A DNA stretch of 64,000 nt from Opitutus sp. GAS368 (GTDB lineage: Bacteria > Verrucomicrobiota > Verrucomicrobiia > Opitutales > Opitutaceae), in the NCBI GenBank assembly GCA_945861645.1, contig CAMAVZ010000004.1, positions 1-64,000 of the forward strand. The letters run 5' to 3'. Positions 1 through 11,469 of this stretch are shown piece by piece. Numbering within the stretch: position 1 is the first letter of the stretch; every line of letters starts with the position of its first letter. The position numbers and the translations under genes were made by a program. Below the pieces are notes generated by a model that ran no database searches, had not been told where the DNA came from, and saw only the letters and a list, made by a program, of their open reading frames with translations.

Positions 1-53
1 CGGTTAAATTTAGCCTGTTCAAGGGCGGTGAATCGCCTTCAACTTTACGTCCC

Positions 54-1325
54 ATGCTTGATCCTCGCATCCTTCGTGAAACGCCTGATGTCGTCCGTGC
101 CGCCATTGCCAAGAAGCACTTGGCCGTGGACCTAGCGGAGGTGCTGGCCCTCGATACCGCGTGGCGCACGCTGTTAACTGAAGTGGAGACCTTACGTTCT
201 CAGCAAAAAGCCGCTAATAATGAGATGGCCGCCATGCCGAAAGGGACGCCCGCTTTTTTGGCGAAGGTCCAAGAGATGAAGGTCATTTCAATTGAGATCA
301 AAGCCAAGGACGAGAGCCTGAAACACACGGAGGAGAAATTACACACGGCGATGTTGTCGGTGCCTAATCTGCCGCACGCCAGTGTGCCGGAGGGGCGCAC
401 GCCCGAAGAGAATCAGGTCTTCGCCACTCATGGCGCGATCACCGCGGTTTCGCCGCATGCGTTGCCGCACTGGGAAATCCCCGGCTTTGCTCAATTGATT
501 GACTTTGCCCGCGGCGCAAAGGTCACCGGCGCCGGCTTTCCTTTTTTAATTGGCGATGCCGCTAAATTGTCGCGCTCGCTGCTGCAGTTTTTTTTAGATG
601 AAGCCGTCAAGGCTGGTTACACGGAAGTGAGCCCGCCGATCTTCGTTAATGCGGCGAGTGCCACGGCGACGGGACAACTCCCCGACAAAGAAGGGCAAAT
701 GTATGAAACGACCCCCGATAAACTTTATGCGGTGCCGACCGCGGAAGTGCCGTTGACCAATTTTTTCCGTGACGAAATCTTAGAGGAAGCGGTGCTGCCC
801 GTTTGCCGCTGCGCTTATACGCCCTGCTTTCGCCGCGAGGCGGGCAGTTATGGCAAAGATGTTCGCGGGCTCAATCGCGTGCATCAATTTGATAAAGTTG
901 AACTGCTCAAGTGGGTGCACCCGACGACGAGTTATACTGAGTTGGAGCAACTCCGTGCGGACGCTGAGCGCTTGTTGCAAAAGCTCGAGTTGCCTTATCG
1001 CGTCTTGCTGATGTGCGGGGGGGATTTGGGTTTTTCTCAATCGAAGAAATACGATTTGGACGTTTGGGCGGCAGGACAAAAGCGCTGGCTCGAGGTTTCA
1101 AGTTGCTCGAATTTTGAAGCCTTCCAAGCGCGTCGGGCGCAGATCCGCTACCGCAGCAAGGAAACGGGCAAACCTGAATTGGTGCACACTTTAAACGGTT
1201 CGGGCCTAGCGGTGCCGCGCGTGCTGGCGGCTTTATTAGAGAATAATCTTCAAGCCGATGGGCGCGTAAAAATTCCCGCGGTGCTGGTGCCCTATTTTGG
1301 GAAGGAGTATTTAAGTTTTAACTGA
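54..1325 (+). CDS. serS: Serine--tRNA ligase
   Basis: N-terminal coiled arm, PTAEVP, motif 2 FRREAG, EVSSCSN, HTLNGSGLA. Confidence 0.97.
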   Translation: MLDPRILRETPDVVRAAIAKKHLAVDLAEVLALDTAWRTLLTEVETLRSQQKAANNEMAAMPKGTPAFLAKVQEMKVISIEIKAKDESLKHTEEKLHTAMLSVPNLPHASVPEGRTPEENQVFATHGAITAVSPHALPHWEIPGFAQLIDFARGAKVTGAGFPFLIGDAAKLSRSLLQFFLDEAVKAGYTEVSPPIFVNAASATATGQLPDKEGQMYETTPDKLYAVPTAEVPLTNFFRDEILEEAVLPVCRCAYTPCFRREAGSYGKDVRGLNRVHQFDKVELLKWVHPTTSYTELEQLRADAERLLQKLELPYRVLLMCGGDLGFSQSKKYDLDVWAAGQKRWLEVSSCSNFEAFQARRAQIRYRSKETGKPELVHTLNGSGLAVPRVLAALLENNLQADGRVKIPAVLVPYFGKEYLSFN

Positions 1326-1362
1326 ACGTTGGGCGCGCCGCGGGCCGCTGGTTCCTGAAGCA

Positions 1363-2388
1363 ATGACACGCAAGCAAACGTCCCCGCGCGGCTGGCCGGC
1401 TCAAGCGGCGTTGGTTGGTGGACTCATTGCGCCGGTCCAGCTGCATTCCGGTGTGTTGGCCTGGGCCCAGCGGCGCCGGCAATCAGAGATTTGGAGCGTG
1501 GCGTTTTCCGGCGGTGCTGACTCGCTCGCGTTGCTCTTGGTGTTGTGGGCCCATTGGCCGGAGCGGCGGGCGCAGTTGGTGGCCTTGCATTTTAATCACC
1601 GGCTGAGAGGACGAGCCGCCGAGGCCGATGAAAAATATTGCCGCCGCGTGTGTGCGGCCTTGGGGCTCAAGCTGGTGGTGGGGCGCTGGCGGGGGCAGCA
1701 TCAGGGGGCGAGCGAAGCCGAGGCCCGCGCCGCGCGACAGAAGTTTTTTGCCCAGGCGATGCAACGGGCGGGCAGCCGTGCTCTCTGGTTGGCTCATCAA
1801 CAAGATGATATTGCTGAGAGTATCTTAATGCGACTCGCGCGGGGGAGTGGCACCGGTGGGCTCGCCGCCCCGCGCCCAGTGCAGCCAACGGGTGATGGCC
1901 GGCAGCACGTACGGCCTTTATTGACGCTTAAAAAAACTGAGCTGCTCTCGGTTTTGAGCCAGGCGGGCGTCAAATGGCGCGAGGATGCTTCGAACGCGGG
2001 GCGCGATTATTTCCGGAACCGGATTCGCCATGACGTGCTCCCCGCGTGGAGCCAGGCCGCCGAACGCGATGCCCTCGCGGGAGCGGCGTTGGCGCGGGAG
2101 CGCCTGGAAGAGGATGACGTGGCCTTAGAGTCTTGGGTGGAAAGCTTGGCGGCGCTGGGCCGTGATCGGCAATTGTCGTTGCGCGGCCTTGCCGGACTGC
2201 CGCGGGCGATCGTACGGCGAGCTTTGCATCGTTGGTTGCTGGCGCAAAAGCGCCCCGCGGATCTTTCGCGTCAAGGATTTGAGGGTTTACTGGCCGCCGT
2301 CGAGCGGGGGCAGTCGACGCGTTTCAGCTTGGGCACAAATTTTTTTGCCGTCATCCGTCAGGGTAAATTATTCTCCCAGTACAGCTAA
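1363..2388 (+). CDS. tilS: tRNA(Ile)-lysidine synthetase, short form (start uncertain)
   Basis: SGGADS PP-loop, HFNHRLR, AHQQDD, RPLL, EDASN, RNRIRH; adjacent to ftsH. Confidence 0.93.
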   Translation: MTRKQTSPRGWPAQAALVGGLIAPVQLHSGVLAWAQRRRQSEIWSVAFSGGADSLALLLVLWAHWPERRAQLVALHFNHRLRGRAAEADEKYCRRVCAALGLKLVVGRWRGQHQGASEAEARAARQKFFAQAMQRAGSRALWLAHQQDDIAESILMRLARGSGTGGLAAPRPVQPTGDGRQHVRPLLTLKKTELLSVLSQAGVKWREDASNAGRDYFRNRIRHDVLPAWSQAAERDALAGAALARERLEEDDVALESWVESLAALGRDRQLSLRGLAGLPRAIVRRALHRWLLAQKRPADLSRQGFEGLLAAVERGQSTRFSLGTNFFAVIRQGKLFSQYS

Positions 2389-2502
2389 GGTGCGGTTGAG
2401 CTGAGCTTCGGCGGTGATGGAAAATGAATTAGAAATTCAATTCTGGTGCATTTGACTTATTCGGAGGGAACCTACACGGTGTGCGACTACTCTCACTCCT
2501 CC

Positions 2503-4512
2503 ATGTCCGACCAAGAAGACAATAAGAAGCGCCGTCCCCTCAAAAGCAGCCCCCCAGAAAGTTTTCCGATCAAGATGATTGTTTTCTGGGTGATTGGCAT
2601 CGGTATTCTGGTCGCGATGTTATGGTTTAATCCGGCCCGCGCTCCTCAGCCCGCCACTTTAAAAATTCAGCAGATTGTGGAATTGGCCGAGCAAGGTAAG
2701 ATTGCCGAGGGCGCCATTCGCAGTGATGCCACCGGGGGCCGCAATTGGTTTGAAGTGACTGGCAATCTCAAGGAGGCCACGCTTCGTAATGAAATTGGTT
2801 CGACTAAGGCTTTTATTGCGACCGGTTGGCTGACTGATCCTAATTTAGAGCGACTGCAGAAATCCCAGGCCTTTATCGAAAAGCCCGCCACGACCGCGAT
2901 GATGAACCTGCTCGCGCAGGTACTCCCGTTTGTGATCGTGATTGGCTTACTTTATTTCCTGTTCGTGCGGCAACTGCGCCAAGCAGGGAAGGGCGCGCTC
3001 AGCTTTGGTAAGAGCCGCGCGAAGATGCTTACTCGGGAGAAAGATCGCATTAATTTTACTGATGTCGCCGGCTGCGATGAGGCCAAGGAAGAGGTGAGTG
3101 AAGTGGTCGATTTCCTGAAAGAGCCAAAGAAATTCCAGAAAATCGGTGGCCGTATCCCGAAGGGCATTCTCATGGTTGGGCCTCCTGGGACCGGCAAGAC
3201 GCTCCTCGCCAAGGCGATTGCTGGCGAGGCTGATGTGCCCTTCTTCTCCATTAGTGGTTCAGATTTCGTGGAGATGTTTGTCGGCGTCGGCGCGAGTCGC
3301 GTGCGTGACATGTTCGAACAGGGTCGCAAAAACGCCCCTTGCTTGATTTTTATCGATGAAATTGATGCCGTTGGCCGCCAACGCGGCGCCGGTTTGGGCG
3401 GTGGTAACGATGAACGCGAGCAGACGCTTAACTCACTGCTCGTGGAGATGGATGGTTTCGAAACGCAAGAAGGGGTCATCATCATCGCCGCGACGAATCG
3501 TCCGGACGTGCTCGATAGCGCCTTGCTGCGCCCCGGTCGCTTTGATCGGCAAGTTTACATTGATCTGCCCGATATTATTGGCCGGGAACAAATTTTGCGC
3601 GTGCATGCGCGAAAGATTTCGCTCTCGGAGAATGTGGAGCTCGGAATTATCGCGCGCGGCACCCCGGGTTTGTCGGGTGCTGAGTTAGCTAATCTATTGA
3701 ACGAAGCCGCCTTACTGGCCGCGCGTCGTGGTAAAAAGAAAGTGGAGATGACTGATATCGATGAGGCCCGCGATAAAGTGTTATGGGGCCGCGAACGTCG
3801 TCGCGTGATGGATGACGCGGAGAAGCGTCTCGTCGCTTGGCATGAAGCGGGTCACGCGATCGTCCAGGCGGTCCTCGATGACGGCACGATGCCGGTGCAC
3901 AAGGTAACAATTATTCCGCGCGGGCAAAGTCTAGGGAGTACGACCTATTTGCCGACGAAGGATATTTTGACGCAGCCCAAAAAGAAATTGCTCAATCAAA
4001 TCGCGATGGCGATGGGCGGACGCATTGCGGAAGAAATGGTGACCGGTGATTTTAGCAATGGCGTCTACGGTGATCTCAAGCAGGCCACCCGCATTGCACG
4101 GGCGATGGTCTGTGATTATGGCATGAGCGAACTTGGTCCCGTTGCGATGGGTGAAAATCAGGACACCGTATTTTTGGGTCGCGACATCACGCGTTCCCAG
4201 CACGTGAGTGAGGATACCGCGCGGAAAATAGATTTAGCTATTTCTGGTATTTTACATGCGCAGTACACCCGCGCGCAGCAGATCATCGCGGATCATCGCG
4301 GCTCCTTGGACAAAATCGGAGCGGCTTTGCTCGAACACGAGACGATCGAAGGTAAACATGTGTTGGAAATTATTCAGCACGGAGAGATTCGCACGCCGAT
4401 CGTCAGTGCTAAGCCGCCCAAGCTAGCCGTGGCGGTAGCCCAGTCGGTGGAAACACCAGCCGCGCCGGAGTCTACTAGTCCCAGCGGCACGGTTGCGCCT
4501 ATTCCGGCTTAA
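2503..4512 (+). CDS. ftsH: ATP-dependent zinc metalloprotease FtsH
   Basis: Two N-terminal TM segments, [28 protein letters not shown]; start set at ATG 2503. Confidence 0.97.
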   Translation: MSDQEDNKKRRPLKSSPPESFPIKMIVFWVIGIGILVAMLWFNPARAPQPATLKIQQIVELAEQGKIAEGAIRSDATGGRNWFEVTGNLKEATLRNEIGSTKAFIATGWLTDPNLERLQKSQAFIEKPATTAMMNLLAQVLPFVIVIGLLYFLFVRQLRQAGKGALSFGKSRAKMLTREKDRINFTDVAGCDEAKEEVSEVVDFLKEPKKFQKIGGRIPKGILMVGPPGTGKTLLAKAIAGEADVPFFSISGSDFVEMFVGVGASRVRDMFEQGRKNAPCLIFIDEIDAVGRQRGAGLGGGNDEREQTLNSLLVEMDGFETQEGVIIIAATNRPDVLDSALLRPGRFDRQVYIDLPDIIGREQILRVHARKISLSENVELGIIARGTPGLSGAELANLLNEAALLAARRGKKKVEMTDIDEARDKVLWGRERRRVMDDAEKRLVAWHEAGHAIVQAVLDDGTMPVHKVTIIPRGQSLGSTTYLPTKDILTQPKKKLLNQIAMAMGGRIAEEMVTGDFSNGVYGDLKQATRIARAMVCDYGMSELGPVAMGENQDTVFLGRDITRSQHVSEDTARKIDLAISGILHAQYTRAQQIIADHRGSLDKIGAALLEHETIEGKHVLEIIQHGEIRTPIVSAKPPKLAVAVAQSVETPAAPESTSPSGTVAPIPA

Positions 4513-4536
4513 GAAATATTCGCCGGTATTAATTTC

Positions 4537-4565
4537 AAGCCGCGCTGGGGGGCTCGGCTTTTTTT
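4537..4565 (+). terminator. Rho-independent terminator after ftsH
   Basis: AAGCCG...CGGCTT stem followed by T run. Confidence 0.6.
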
Positions 4566-4682
4566 ATGCTGGGGCTTGGGGGCAGAGGCCGGGGCGGCCT
4601 CGGTCGGTTAGCCGCTCCTGGCTTGATCCATTTGAGGGTTGCCGTATCACTGGGGACCGGCACAAATCTGCCGCTTCTCCCT

Positions 4683-6044
4683 ATGAATATCTGCTGCATT
4701 GGTGCTGGTTATGTCGGCGGGCCAACGATGGCCATGATCGCCCTGAAATGCCCTGACATCACGGTAACGGTGGTGGACATGAACGCTAAACGGATCGCGG
4801 CATGGAATACTGGCCAGTTGCCTATTTTTGAGCCAGGGCTCGATGAAGTGGTAAATCAAGCGCGGGGTCGTAATTTGTTTTTTTCTACGGATGTGGCGGG
4901 GCAGATTAAAAAGGCAGACATTATTTTTGTAGCCGTAAATACCCCGACGAAATCCTATGGCGTCGGGGCGGGGCGGGCGGCCGATTTGCGTTTTATCGAA
5001 TCGGTGGCGCGCACGATTGCCGAGCACGCGGAGAGCGATAAGATTATCGTCGAGAAATCCACCATTCCGGTAAAGACCGCCGATGCGATTCAAACCATCG
5101 TCGCCGCAAATTCCAAAGGGCTAAAATTTCAAGTACTCTCTAATCCTGAATTTCTCGCGGAAGGCACCGCCGTTAAAGATCTGACTAATCCCGATCGCGT
5201 CCTGATCGGCGGCGAGCGTACGCCGGAGGGGAATCGCGCGGTGGCGACCTTGGTGAGTGTCTACGCTCGCTGGGTGGCGCGGGACCGCATCATCACCACT
5301 AACCTTTGGTCCGCGGAACTTTCCAAGCTCGTGGCCAACGCGTTTCTGGCGCAACGCATCTCCTCGATAAATTCGATTTCGGCGCTCTGTGAAGCCACAG
5401 GTGCGGACGTCGATGAAGTTGCTAATGCCATCGGCCAGGATAGTCGCATCGGCCCAAAATTCCTCAAAAGTTCCGTGGGCTTTGGGGGCTCTTGCTTTCA
5501 GAAAGACATCCTCAATCTTACTTATCTCTGCGAAAGTTTTGGGCTGCCTGAAGTAGCGGCCTATTGGACCAGCGTGGTGGGAATTAATGATTGGCAGAAG
5601 CAGCGTTTTGCGAATCGGATCGTGAAGGAATTATTTAACACCGTCGCGGACAAGAAAATTGCGGTACTCGGTTTTGCTTTTAAGAAAGACACCAATGATA
5701 CGCGCGAGTCCGCGGCGATTAATATTTGCCGGAGTCTTTTAGCGGAGCAGGCCCAGGTATGTGTTTATGATCCCAAGGTTCCGGCCCATGAAATCACGGC
5801 TGATACGCTGGGTCAGGGGGGAGCTAACTCGCGTCTCACCGTAGCGGCAGATGCTTATGCTGCTTGTGCGGGGGCGCATGCCATCGCGATCGTGACCGAG
5901 TGGGATGAATTCAAGACGCTCGATTACGCGAAAATTTTTGCCGCCATGCCGAAGCCGGCTTTTATTTATGATGGCCGCAATATTCTCGATCTAGCCGCGC
6001 TGCGGAAAATCGGTTTTCGCGCGGCTGGGATCGGCAAGCCTTAA
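4683..6044 (+). CDS. ugd: UDP-glucose 6-dehydrogenase
   Basis: GAGYVG, EKST, NPEFL, GFGGSCF catalytic Cys, [11 protein letters not shown]; start set at ATG 4683. Confidence 0.96.
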   Translation: MNICCIGAGYVGGPTMAMIALKCPDITVTVVDMNAKRIAAWNTGQLPIFEPGLDEVVNQARGRNLFFSTDVAGQIKKADIIFVAVNTPTKSYGVGAGRAADLRFIESVARTIAEHAESDKIIVEKSTIPVKTADAIQTIVAANSKGLKFQVLSNPEFLAEGTAVKDLTNPDRVLIGGERTPEGNRAVATLVSVYARWVARDRIITTNLWSAELSKLVANAFLAQRISSINSISALCEATGADVDEVANAIGQDSRIGPKFLKSSVGFGGSCFQKDILNLTYLCESFGLPEVAAYWTSVVGINDWQKQRFANRIVKELFNTVADKKIAVLGFAFKKDTNDTRESAAINICRSLLAEQAQVCVYDPKVPAHEITADTLGQGGANSRLTVAADAYAACAGAHAIAIVTEWDEFKTLDYAKIFAAMPKPAFIYDGRNILDLAALRKIGFRAAGIGKP

Positions 6045-6736
6045 AGACCAGTGGCTAGCGCGGTGCGCGGTGGCGTTTGGTGAATCTGCGCCGACCATTT
6101 TTTATAAGCTGGCGCTTCGTGCTGAAAGGCATCGGGCGCAGCGGTGGCGGTGAAATAATCACCGTCGCCCAGCGTGGGGAAAATTTTGCTGAGATCGTAG
6201 CTGCAATTGGCGGCGGAGTGGGGCGGAAGGGCCCAGGCGCGAAAATTTTCGGGCGTAAGCCATTCGCCTAAGGGGAGGGCGGCGGCAGGCAGCCGTTGTA
6301 AGGGGGCTAGTTCACCGGCCGTGTTGATGGGCTGATAATGCCAGGTGTCGCGACGCGCATCAGCAATAACGCTGAAGCTGCGGCCGGGCGCCTGCGCCCA
6401 GGCGTGGCGCGCCGCGATTGCTAGGCTCTGGTAAGTATAAATGGGCTGGGGGGCGATTATTTGCCAGGTGCGTAGCGCCATGGCGATGGTACGAGTGCCT
6501 AACATGGAGCCAGGCCCGGCGCAAAAAACGAAGGCGCGGATATCGCTGAGAGAACAGTTCGCCCGTTGCAGCAGGCTTTCCGTTGCGATAAAAATCGCGG
6601 TGCCAGCTTCTTCGGAGGCTTGGGACCAGAGCGCCGGCGCCGTTGGGCTAAGGATGCCGACCTGCGTGCAGGTTGACGCCGCATCGAGGACGAGGAGGCG
6701 ACCGTGATTGCTCAAAAGCTGTGGAAGTGAAGGCAT
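6041..6736 (-). CDS. tsaB: tRNA t6A biosynthesis protein TsaB (peptidase M22-like)
   Basis: LVLDAAS, GPGS..G.R, IADARR motifs; convergent stop codons overlap ugd in TTAA. Confidence 0.8.
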   Translation of the reverse strand: MPSLPQLLSNHGRLLVLDAASTCTQVGILSPTAPALWSQASEEAGTAIFIATESLLQRANCSLSDIRAFVFCAGPGSMLGTRTIAMALRTWQIIAPQPIYTYQSLAIAARHAWAQAPGRSFSVIADARRDTWHYQPINTAGELAPLQRLPAAALPLGEWLTPENFRAWALPPHSAANCSYDLSKIFPTLGDGDYFTATAAPDAFQHEAPAYKKWSAQIHQTPPRTALATGL

Positions 6737-6882
6737 TACGGGAAAGCTACCTTGGGCGAGCACGTGGAAATGTCGACTTTGGTTTCTCCATTTAAGCGAT
6801 TTGGAATCTGGCATTGACCGTGCGCGGAGGGGTGACCTAGCTTGGCCGGTTTACCGCTTCAAATCCTCCTATTTTAAACACC

Positions 6883-8205
6883 GTGAACGTTCAAATTACC
6901 GATATCAACGAGACCCGCAAAGCGCTGACTGTCACCCTCGATAAGAGCGAGGTTGACGGTGAATATAACGCCGTCTTGGCCGATTTTACCCGGCAAGTCA
7001 GTCTCCCTGGCTTTCGTCCCGGCAAGGCGCCTGCGGCGATCGTCGCCAAGCGCTTCGGTAAAGAGCTGAAGGATGAGTTTAAGCAGAAGGTTATCGGTAA
7101 AGCTTACCGCGACGGTCTGGAGCAGTCTAAACTTGAGGTGCTATCGCTCGTCGATGTGGAGGCGGGCGTGATTGAGGCCGGCCTCTCCGCGGCCATCAAG
7201 TTGACTGTGGATATTCGTCCTGAATTTGTACTGCCGGATTATAGCGGTCTGAAGACAGAGGTTCAGTCAACTGAGCCCACTGAAGCCGAGATCGATACCG
7301 TGATTGAGAGCCTCCGGGCTGAACGGGCTGATTTTAAAGTAGCCGATCGGGCGGCCGCCAAGGGCGACTATGTGCGCTTTGGCTATGAGGGCACCTTGGA
7401 TGGGCAACCGTTGACCGCGCTGGTGGCGGATAAAACAATTTATGCGAGCGCCCCGCAAACTTGGGAAGAAGTCGAGGGGGTCAACGATGGGTTGCTCCCT
7501 GGTATGTCCACCCAGATCGCTGGGCTAAAGGCGACGCATAAGAAGACTGTCACGATTACCTTCCCGGCTGAATTTGCCCCCGTACCCGCCCTCGCTGGAA
7601 AAGCGGTTGCTTATGCTATTGAGGTGCAGGAAGTCCGGGAGCGCGTGTTGCCCGCAATGGACGAGGCTTTTTTTAAGCAGCATCAAGTGGATGATCTCCC
7701 CGGTTTAAAAACCCAGGTTACCACCAACTTGAAGATGCGCAAAGAGCATGAAAATCGCGCCGCGCAGCGTCGGCAGGTGACCGATGCAATTACCGCGCAG
7801 GCTAATTTCCCCGTGCCAGATAGCTTGATCGCATCCGAGCGTGATGGGGTGCTTCGTCAATTTATTGAAGAGAATATGCGCCGCGGCGTGCCGCAGGAGC
7901 AGTTTGAGAAAAATAAGCAGGAACTCCATGATAGCGCGACCAAGGCAGCGGTCTCGCGGGTTAAGGTGCAGCTCATCCTCGCCAAAATCGCCGCGGCGGA
8001 GAAAATTAAAGTCGATGAAAAGGATTTCAATAATTGGCTCATGCGCGAAGCGATGCGGGGTGGTCAGCGTCCGGACAAACTCATGAAGGATCTCGGTAAG
8101 GATCGGGAGCAACTGCGCGCGATTCAGCAGCAGATCATGTTCGACAAGGCCCTTGATTTTCTGGTCTCCAAGGCTAGCGTCACTACCGCAACCGCAAAAG
8201 CATGA
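6883..8205 (+). CDS. tig: Trigger factor
   Basis: PGFRPGKAP signature, FKBP-like middle domain; upstream of clpP; GTG start. Confidence 0.96.
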   Translation: MNVQITDINETRKALTVTLDKSEVDGEYNAVLADFTRQVSLPGFRPGKAPAAIVAKRFGKELKDEFKQKVIGKAYRDGLEQSKLEVLSLVDVEAGVIEAGLSAAIKLTVDIRPEFVLPDYSGLKTEVQSTEPTEAEIDTVIESLRAERADFKVADRAAAKGDYVRFGYEGTLDGQPLTALVADKTIYASAPQTWEEVEGVNDGLLPGMSTQIAGLKATHKKTVTITFPAEFAPVPALAGKAVAYAIEVQEVRERVLPAMDEAFFKQHQVDDLPGLKTQVTTNLKMRKEHENRAAQRRQVTDAITAQANFPVPDSLIASERDGVLRQFIEENMRRGVPQEQFEKNKQELHDSATKAAVSRVKVQLILAKIAAAEKIKVDEKDFNNWLMREAMRGGQRPDKLMKDLGKDREQLRAIQQQIMFDKALDFLVSKASVTTATAKA

Positions 8206-8828
8206 GCTACTACGTTCCCATCGTTATTGAAAACACTGGCCGCGGTGAATCGCGGATGGATATCTATTCCCGCCTACTCAAGGACCGGATTGTTTTTATC
8301 GGCACGCCGATCGATGACGATGTCGCCAATGTAGTCATTGCCCAATTTCTTTTCCTCCAAATGGAGGATCCAAAAAAAGACATCCACCTCTACATCAACT
8401 CACCTGGTGGCGTGGTAACGGGGGGTATGGCCATCTATGATACGATGAATTTTTTGCAGTGTGACATTGTCACTTACTGCATTGGGATGGCGGCGAGCAT
8501 GAGCACGATTTTGCTCGCCGCTGGGACCAAGGGTAAACGCTTCGCTCTCCCGAATAGTCGCGTGATGATTCATCAACCCTCGGGTGGGGCGGGTGGTCAG
8601 GCCGCGGACATCGCTATTCAGGCCAAGGAAATTCTCCGTTGGCGGAAAACTCTCAATGAAACCATCGCCAAGCACACCGGCAAAACGGCCGACCAAGTGG
8701 GCATTGACTCCGACCGTGATTATTATTTAAGCGCGGAAGAGGCTAAGACTTATGGCATTGTTGACCATGTAGTTGCGTCGACGCGTGATGCTCAAAAAAT
8801 TGCTCAAACGACGGCTGCCCAGCCCTGA
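8202..8828 (+). CDS. clpP: Clp protease proteolytic subunit
   Basis: [24 protein letters not shown] (Ser), MIHQP (His); ATGA overlap with tig. Confidence 0.98.
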   Translation: MSYYVPIVIENTGRGESRMDIYSRLLKDRIVFIGTPIDDDVANVVIAQFLFLQMEDPKKDIHLYINSPGGVVTGGMAIYDTMNFLQCDIVTYCIGMAASMSTILLAAGTKGKRFALPNSRVMIHQPSGGAGGQAADIAIQAKEILRWRKTLNETIAKHTGKTADQVGIDSDRDYYLSAEEAKTYGIVDHVVASTRDAQKIAQTTAAQP

Positions 8829-8883
8829 TTTAGGACGGGAAAAGCCCTCGACTAACGCTGCTGCCGAGACGATATAACTGCTC

Positions 8884-10191
8884 ATGGCCAAATCATCGCG
8901 CGTCACCCTTTGCTCGTTCTGCGGCAAATCGCAGGCGGAAGTCCGCAAGATCATCGCGGGCCCAGGGGTTTATATTTGTGATGCTTGCGTCAACGTCTGT
9001 AAGACGATCATTGATCGCGAAGTTAAAGAAACGGCTGCGGCTGCCGGACCAGCTGAAGGTGCCCCGAAGCCCGCTTTCCGTCTCATCAAGCCGGCCGATA
9101 TCAGGAAAGTTCTCGATGATCACGTGATCGGTCAGGAACACGCGAAGAAGGTTCTCTCGGTCGCGGTCTATAATCACTATAAGCGCCTTAATTTCGATCC
9201 CGCGGCGCAACCCTTACTGACGGCGGAGTTCAGCGAGGTGGAAGTGGAGAAGAGCAATATTCTCTTGGTCGGACCGACCGGCTCGGGCAAGACGCTCCTC
9301 GCTCGTTCGCTGGCGCGAATCTTAGATGTTCCTTTTGCGATTTCTGATGCGACGACGCTGACCGAGGCTGGTTACGTCGGGGAGGATGTCGAAAATGTGG
9401 TGCTGCGTTTATTGCAGTCGGCTAATTACGACGTGAAGAAAGCCGAGTGTGGCATTATCTATATCGACGAGATCGATAAGATTCGCCGCACCACCGAAAA
9501 TGTCTCCATCACCCGCGACGTTTCCGGCGAGGGGGTGCAACAAGCTTTACTCAAGGTGCTGGAAGGCACGACCTGCAACGTTCCGCCGCAAGGTGGCCGG
9601 AAGCATCCGAACCAAGAATATATTCAGGTTAACACCGCCAATATTCTCTTTATTTGCGGCGGCGCTTTTGTCGGGCTCGATGAGGTGATCAAGAAGCGCT
9701 TGGGCCAGCGTTCCCTCGGTTTCCATATCAACGCCAAGGATCATCAGCTGACGCCTGACGAGATGATGCGGGGGGTGGCGCCAGAGGATTTGATTCGCTT
9801 CGGAATGATTCCTGAATTCATCGGCCGCTTGCCGGTGGTTTCAGTGCTCGATCAGTTGAAGATCGCCGATTTAGAGAAAGTGCTGCTGCTGACGAAAAAT
9901 TCGATGGTGAAGCAGTACTCCAAGCTTTTTGCCATGGATGGCGTGCAGCTTAAGTTTACGCGCGACGCGCTCCGGGCCATTGCGCAGCGGGCGATTGAAC
10001 TCAAGACTGGCGCACGCGCTTTGCGGGCGATCTTAGAGAAATTGATGCTGGACGTCATGTACGACCTGCCGCAACGCGAAGATATTGCGGAAGTTATCAT
10101 TGACCAAGCGGTCGTCGAAGGTCGCAAAAAGCCGCAGTTAGTAAAAATAGTGCGACCGGCGGCCTCCTCTCGGGGTAAAGACGCCGCCTAA
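8884..10191 (+). CDS. clpX: Clp protease ATP-binding subunit ClpX
   Basis: C4 Zn finger [28 protein letters not shown] loop, LGF loop. Confidence 0.98.
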   Translation: MAKSSRVTLCSFCGKSQAEVRKIIAGPGVYICDACVNVCKTIIDREVKETAAAAGPAEGAPKPAFRLIKPADIRKVLDDHVIGQEHAKKVLSVAVYNHYKRLNFDPAAQPLLTAEFSEVEVEKSNILLVGPTGSGKTLLARSLARILDVPFAISDATTLTEAGYVGEDVENVVLRLLQSANYDVKKAECGIIYIDEIDKIRRTTENVSITRDVSGEGVQQALLKVLEGTTCNVPPQGGRKHPNQEYIQVNTANILFICGGAFVGLDEVIKKRLGQRSLGFHINAKDHQLTPDEMMRGVAPEDLIRFGMIPEFIGRLPVVSVLDQLKIADLEKVLLLTKNSMVKQYSKLFAMDGVQLKFTRDALRAIAQRAIELKTGARALRAILEKLMLDVMYDLPQREDIAEVIIDQAVVEGRKKPQLVKIVRPAASSRGKDAA

Positions 10192-10335
10192 GGTTGGCTT
10201 TGCCAGGTAGTGCAGTTGACCCGTACCTTCAGCCCTCGGGGCTATCGCGCCGCGCGTCCCGCTCCTAGCGGAGTGAGCTTGGCCCCAGCGATAATTAATA
10301 GCTCGGACGGGATAGCCTAAACTCCGCGAAGAGGA

Positions 10336-11403
10336 TTACCAATAAAAGCTCTCGTCCTTGCTGATTGATTTAGCAAAGGCGACGAAGAGCTTCACGCAGT
10401 TTTCCACATCCGCGAGGTCGACCACCTCGCTCGGGGTATGCATGTAGCGGAGAGGAATGGAGACCAACCCGCAGGCGACGCCGCCGCGGGCCATCTGGAT
10501 GGCACGCGCATCGGTTCCGGTCGGACGTGGGTCGGCATCAAATTGGATCGTGATTTTAGCTTTCTTCGCGCACGCCACGAGTCGCGCATAAACCTTCGGA
10601 TTGATATTGGGGCCGCGGCAAATGATAGGACCGCCGCCAAGCTTGGTTTCCCCGTGTTTGCGTGGGTCGCAATCCGGGTGATCGGTGGCATGGCCTACAT
10701 CGACGGCGAGTGCGATTTGTGGATCAACCGCAAAGGCGGAGGTTTGGGCGCCTCGGACGCCGATTTCTTCTTGGGTGGTCGCGACCGACACAACTTTGGC
10801 GTTCAGTTTCGCTTTTTCGCGAGCCAGTCGGATCAAGGCTTCGCCGACGATGTAGGCGCCGACTTTGTTGTCGAAGGCGCGCGCGGTGCCGATGCTGCCA
10901 TGGATAAGTTCAAATTCGTGATCGTAAGTGGCCACATCGCCAATCGCCACGCGACGGAGGGCCTCTGCTTTTGTGCGCGCGCCGAGATCGATCCAGATTT
11001 CATGAATCTCCGGAACTTTCTTCCGATCGGCCTCTTCCATTAAATGGATGGCGCGTTTTCCCGTTACGCCTTTCACCGAGCCCGCGGCCGTTTGAATAAT
11101 GACGCGTCGCCCCGAGATGATGCTCCGGTCGTGACCACCAATGGTGTCGAAGTAGAGGTAACCATCTTTGTTGATGTAGGTGATGATCAGGCCGAGTTCA
11201 TCCATGTGACCGGAGAACATTAAGGTGGGGCCGCCTGTTTTATTGAGGGTAGCCAAGCGGCAGCCGAGTGCATCATGGGCATAAGTGTCGGCGTGAGGTT
11301 TGACGTACTTGTCGTAAACCGCTTGGGCTTGAGCCTCCGCGCCGGACGGCGACTTAGCTTTTAATAATTCAACGAGAAATTCAGGGGCTTGGTAGTCTGG
11401 CAT
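10336..11403 (-). CDS. M42 family metallo-aminopeptidase
   Basis: GHMDE, AFDNK, QEE, DV, YMHT ligand pattern. Confidence 0.9.
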   Translation of the reverse strand: MPDYQAPEFLVELLKAKSPSGAEAQAQAVYDKYVKPHADTYAHDALGCRLATLNKTGGPTLMFSGHMDELGLIITYINKDGYLYFDTIGGHDRSIISGRRVIIQTAAGSVKGVTGKRAIHLMEEADRKKVPEIHEIWIDLGARTKAEALRRVAIGDVATYDHEFELIHGSIGTARAFDNKVGAYIVGEALIRLAREKAKLNAKVVSVATTQEEIGVRGAQTSAFAVDPQIALAVDVGHATDHPDCDPRKHGETKLGGGPIICRGPNINPKVYARLVACAKKAKITIQFDADPRPTGTDARAIQMARGGVACGLVSIPLRYMHTPSEVVDLADVENCVKLFVAFAKSISKDESFYW

Positions 11404-11469
11404 GGGAGAGTTGTTAGTGGGATAGATTCATCGAGTAAAATAAATAGCAGCGCAGGGTATTTAGCGGGC

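Noticed and set aside
10438..11043. 201-aa ORF antisense to the M42 peptidase
   Set aside because: Shadow ORF of a conserved gene in GC-rich DNA; no motifs.
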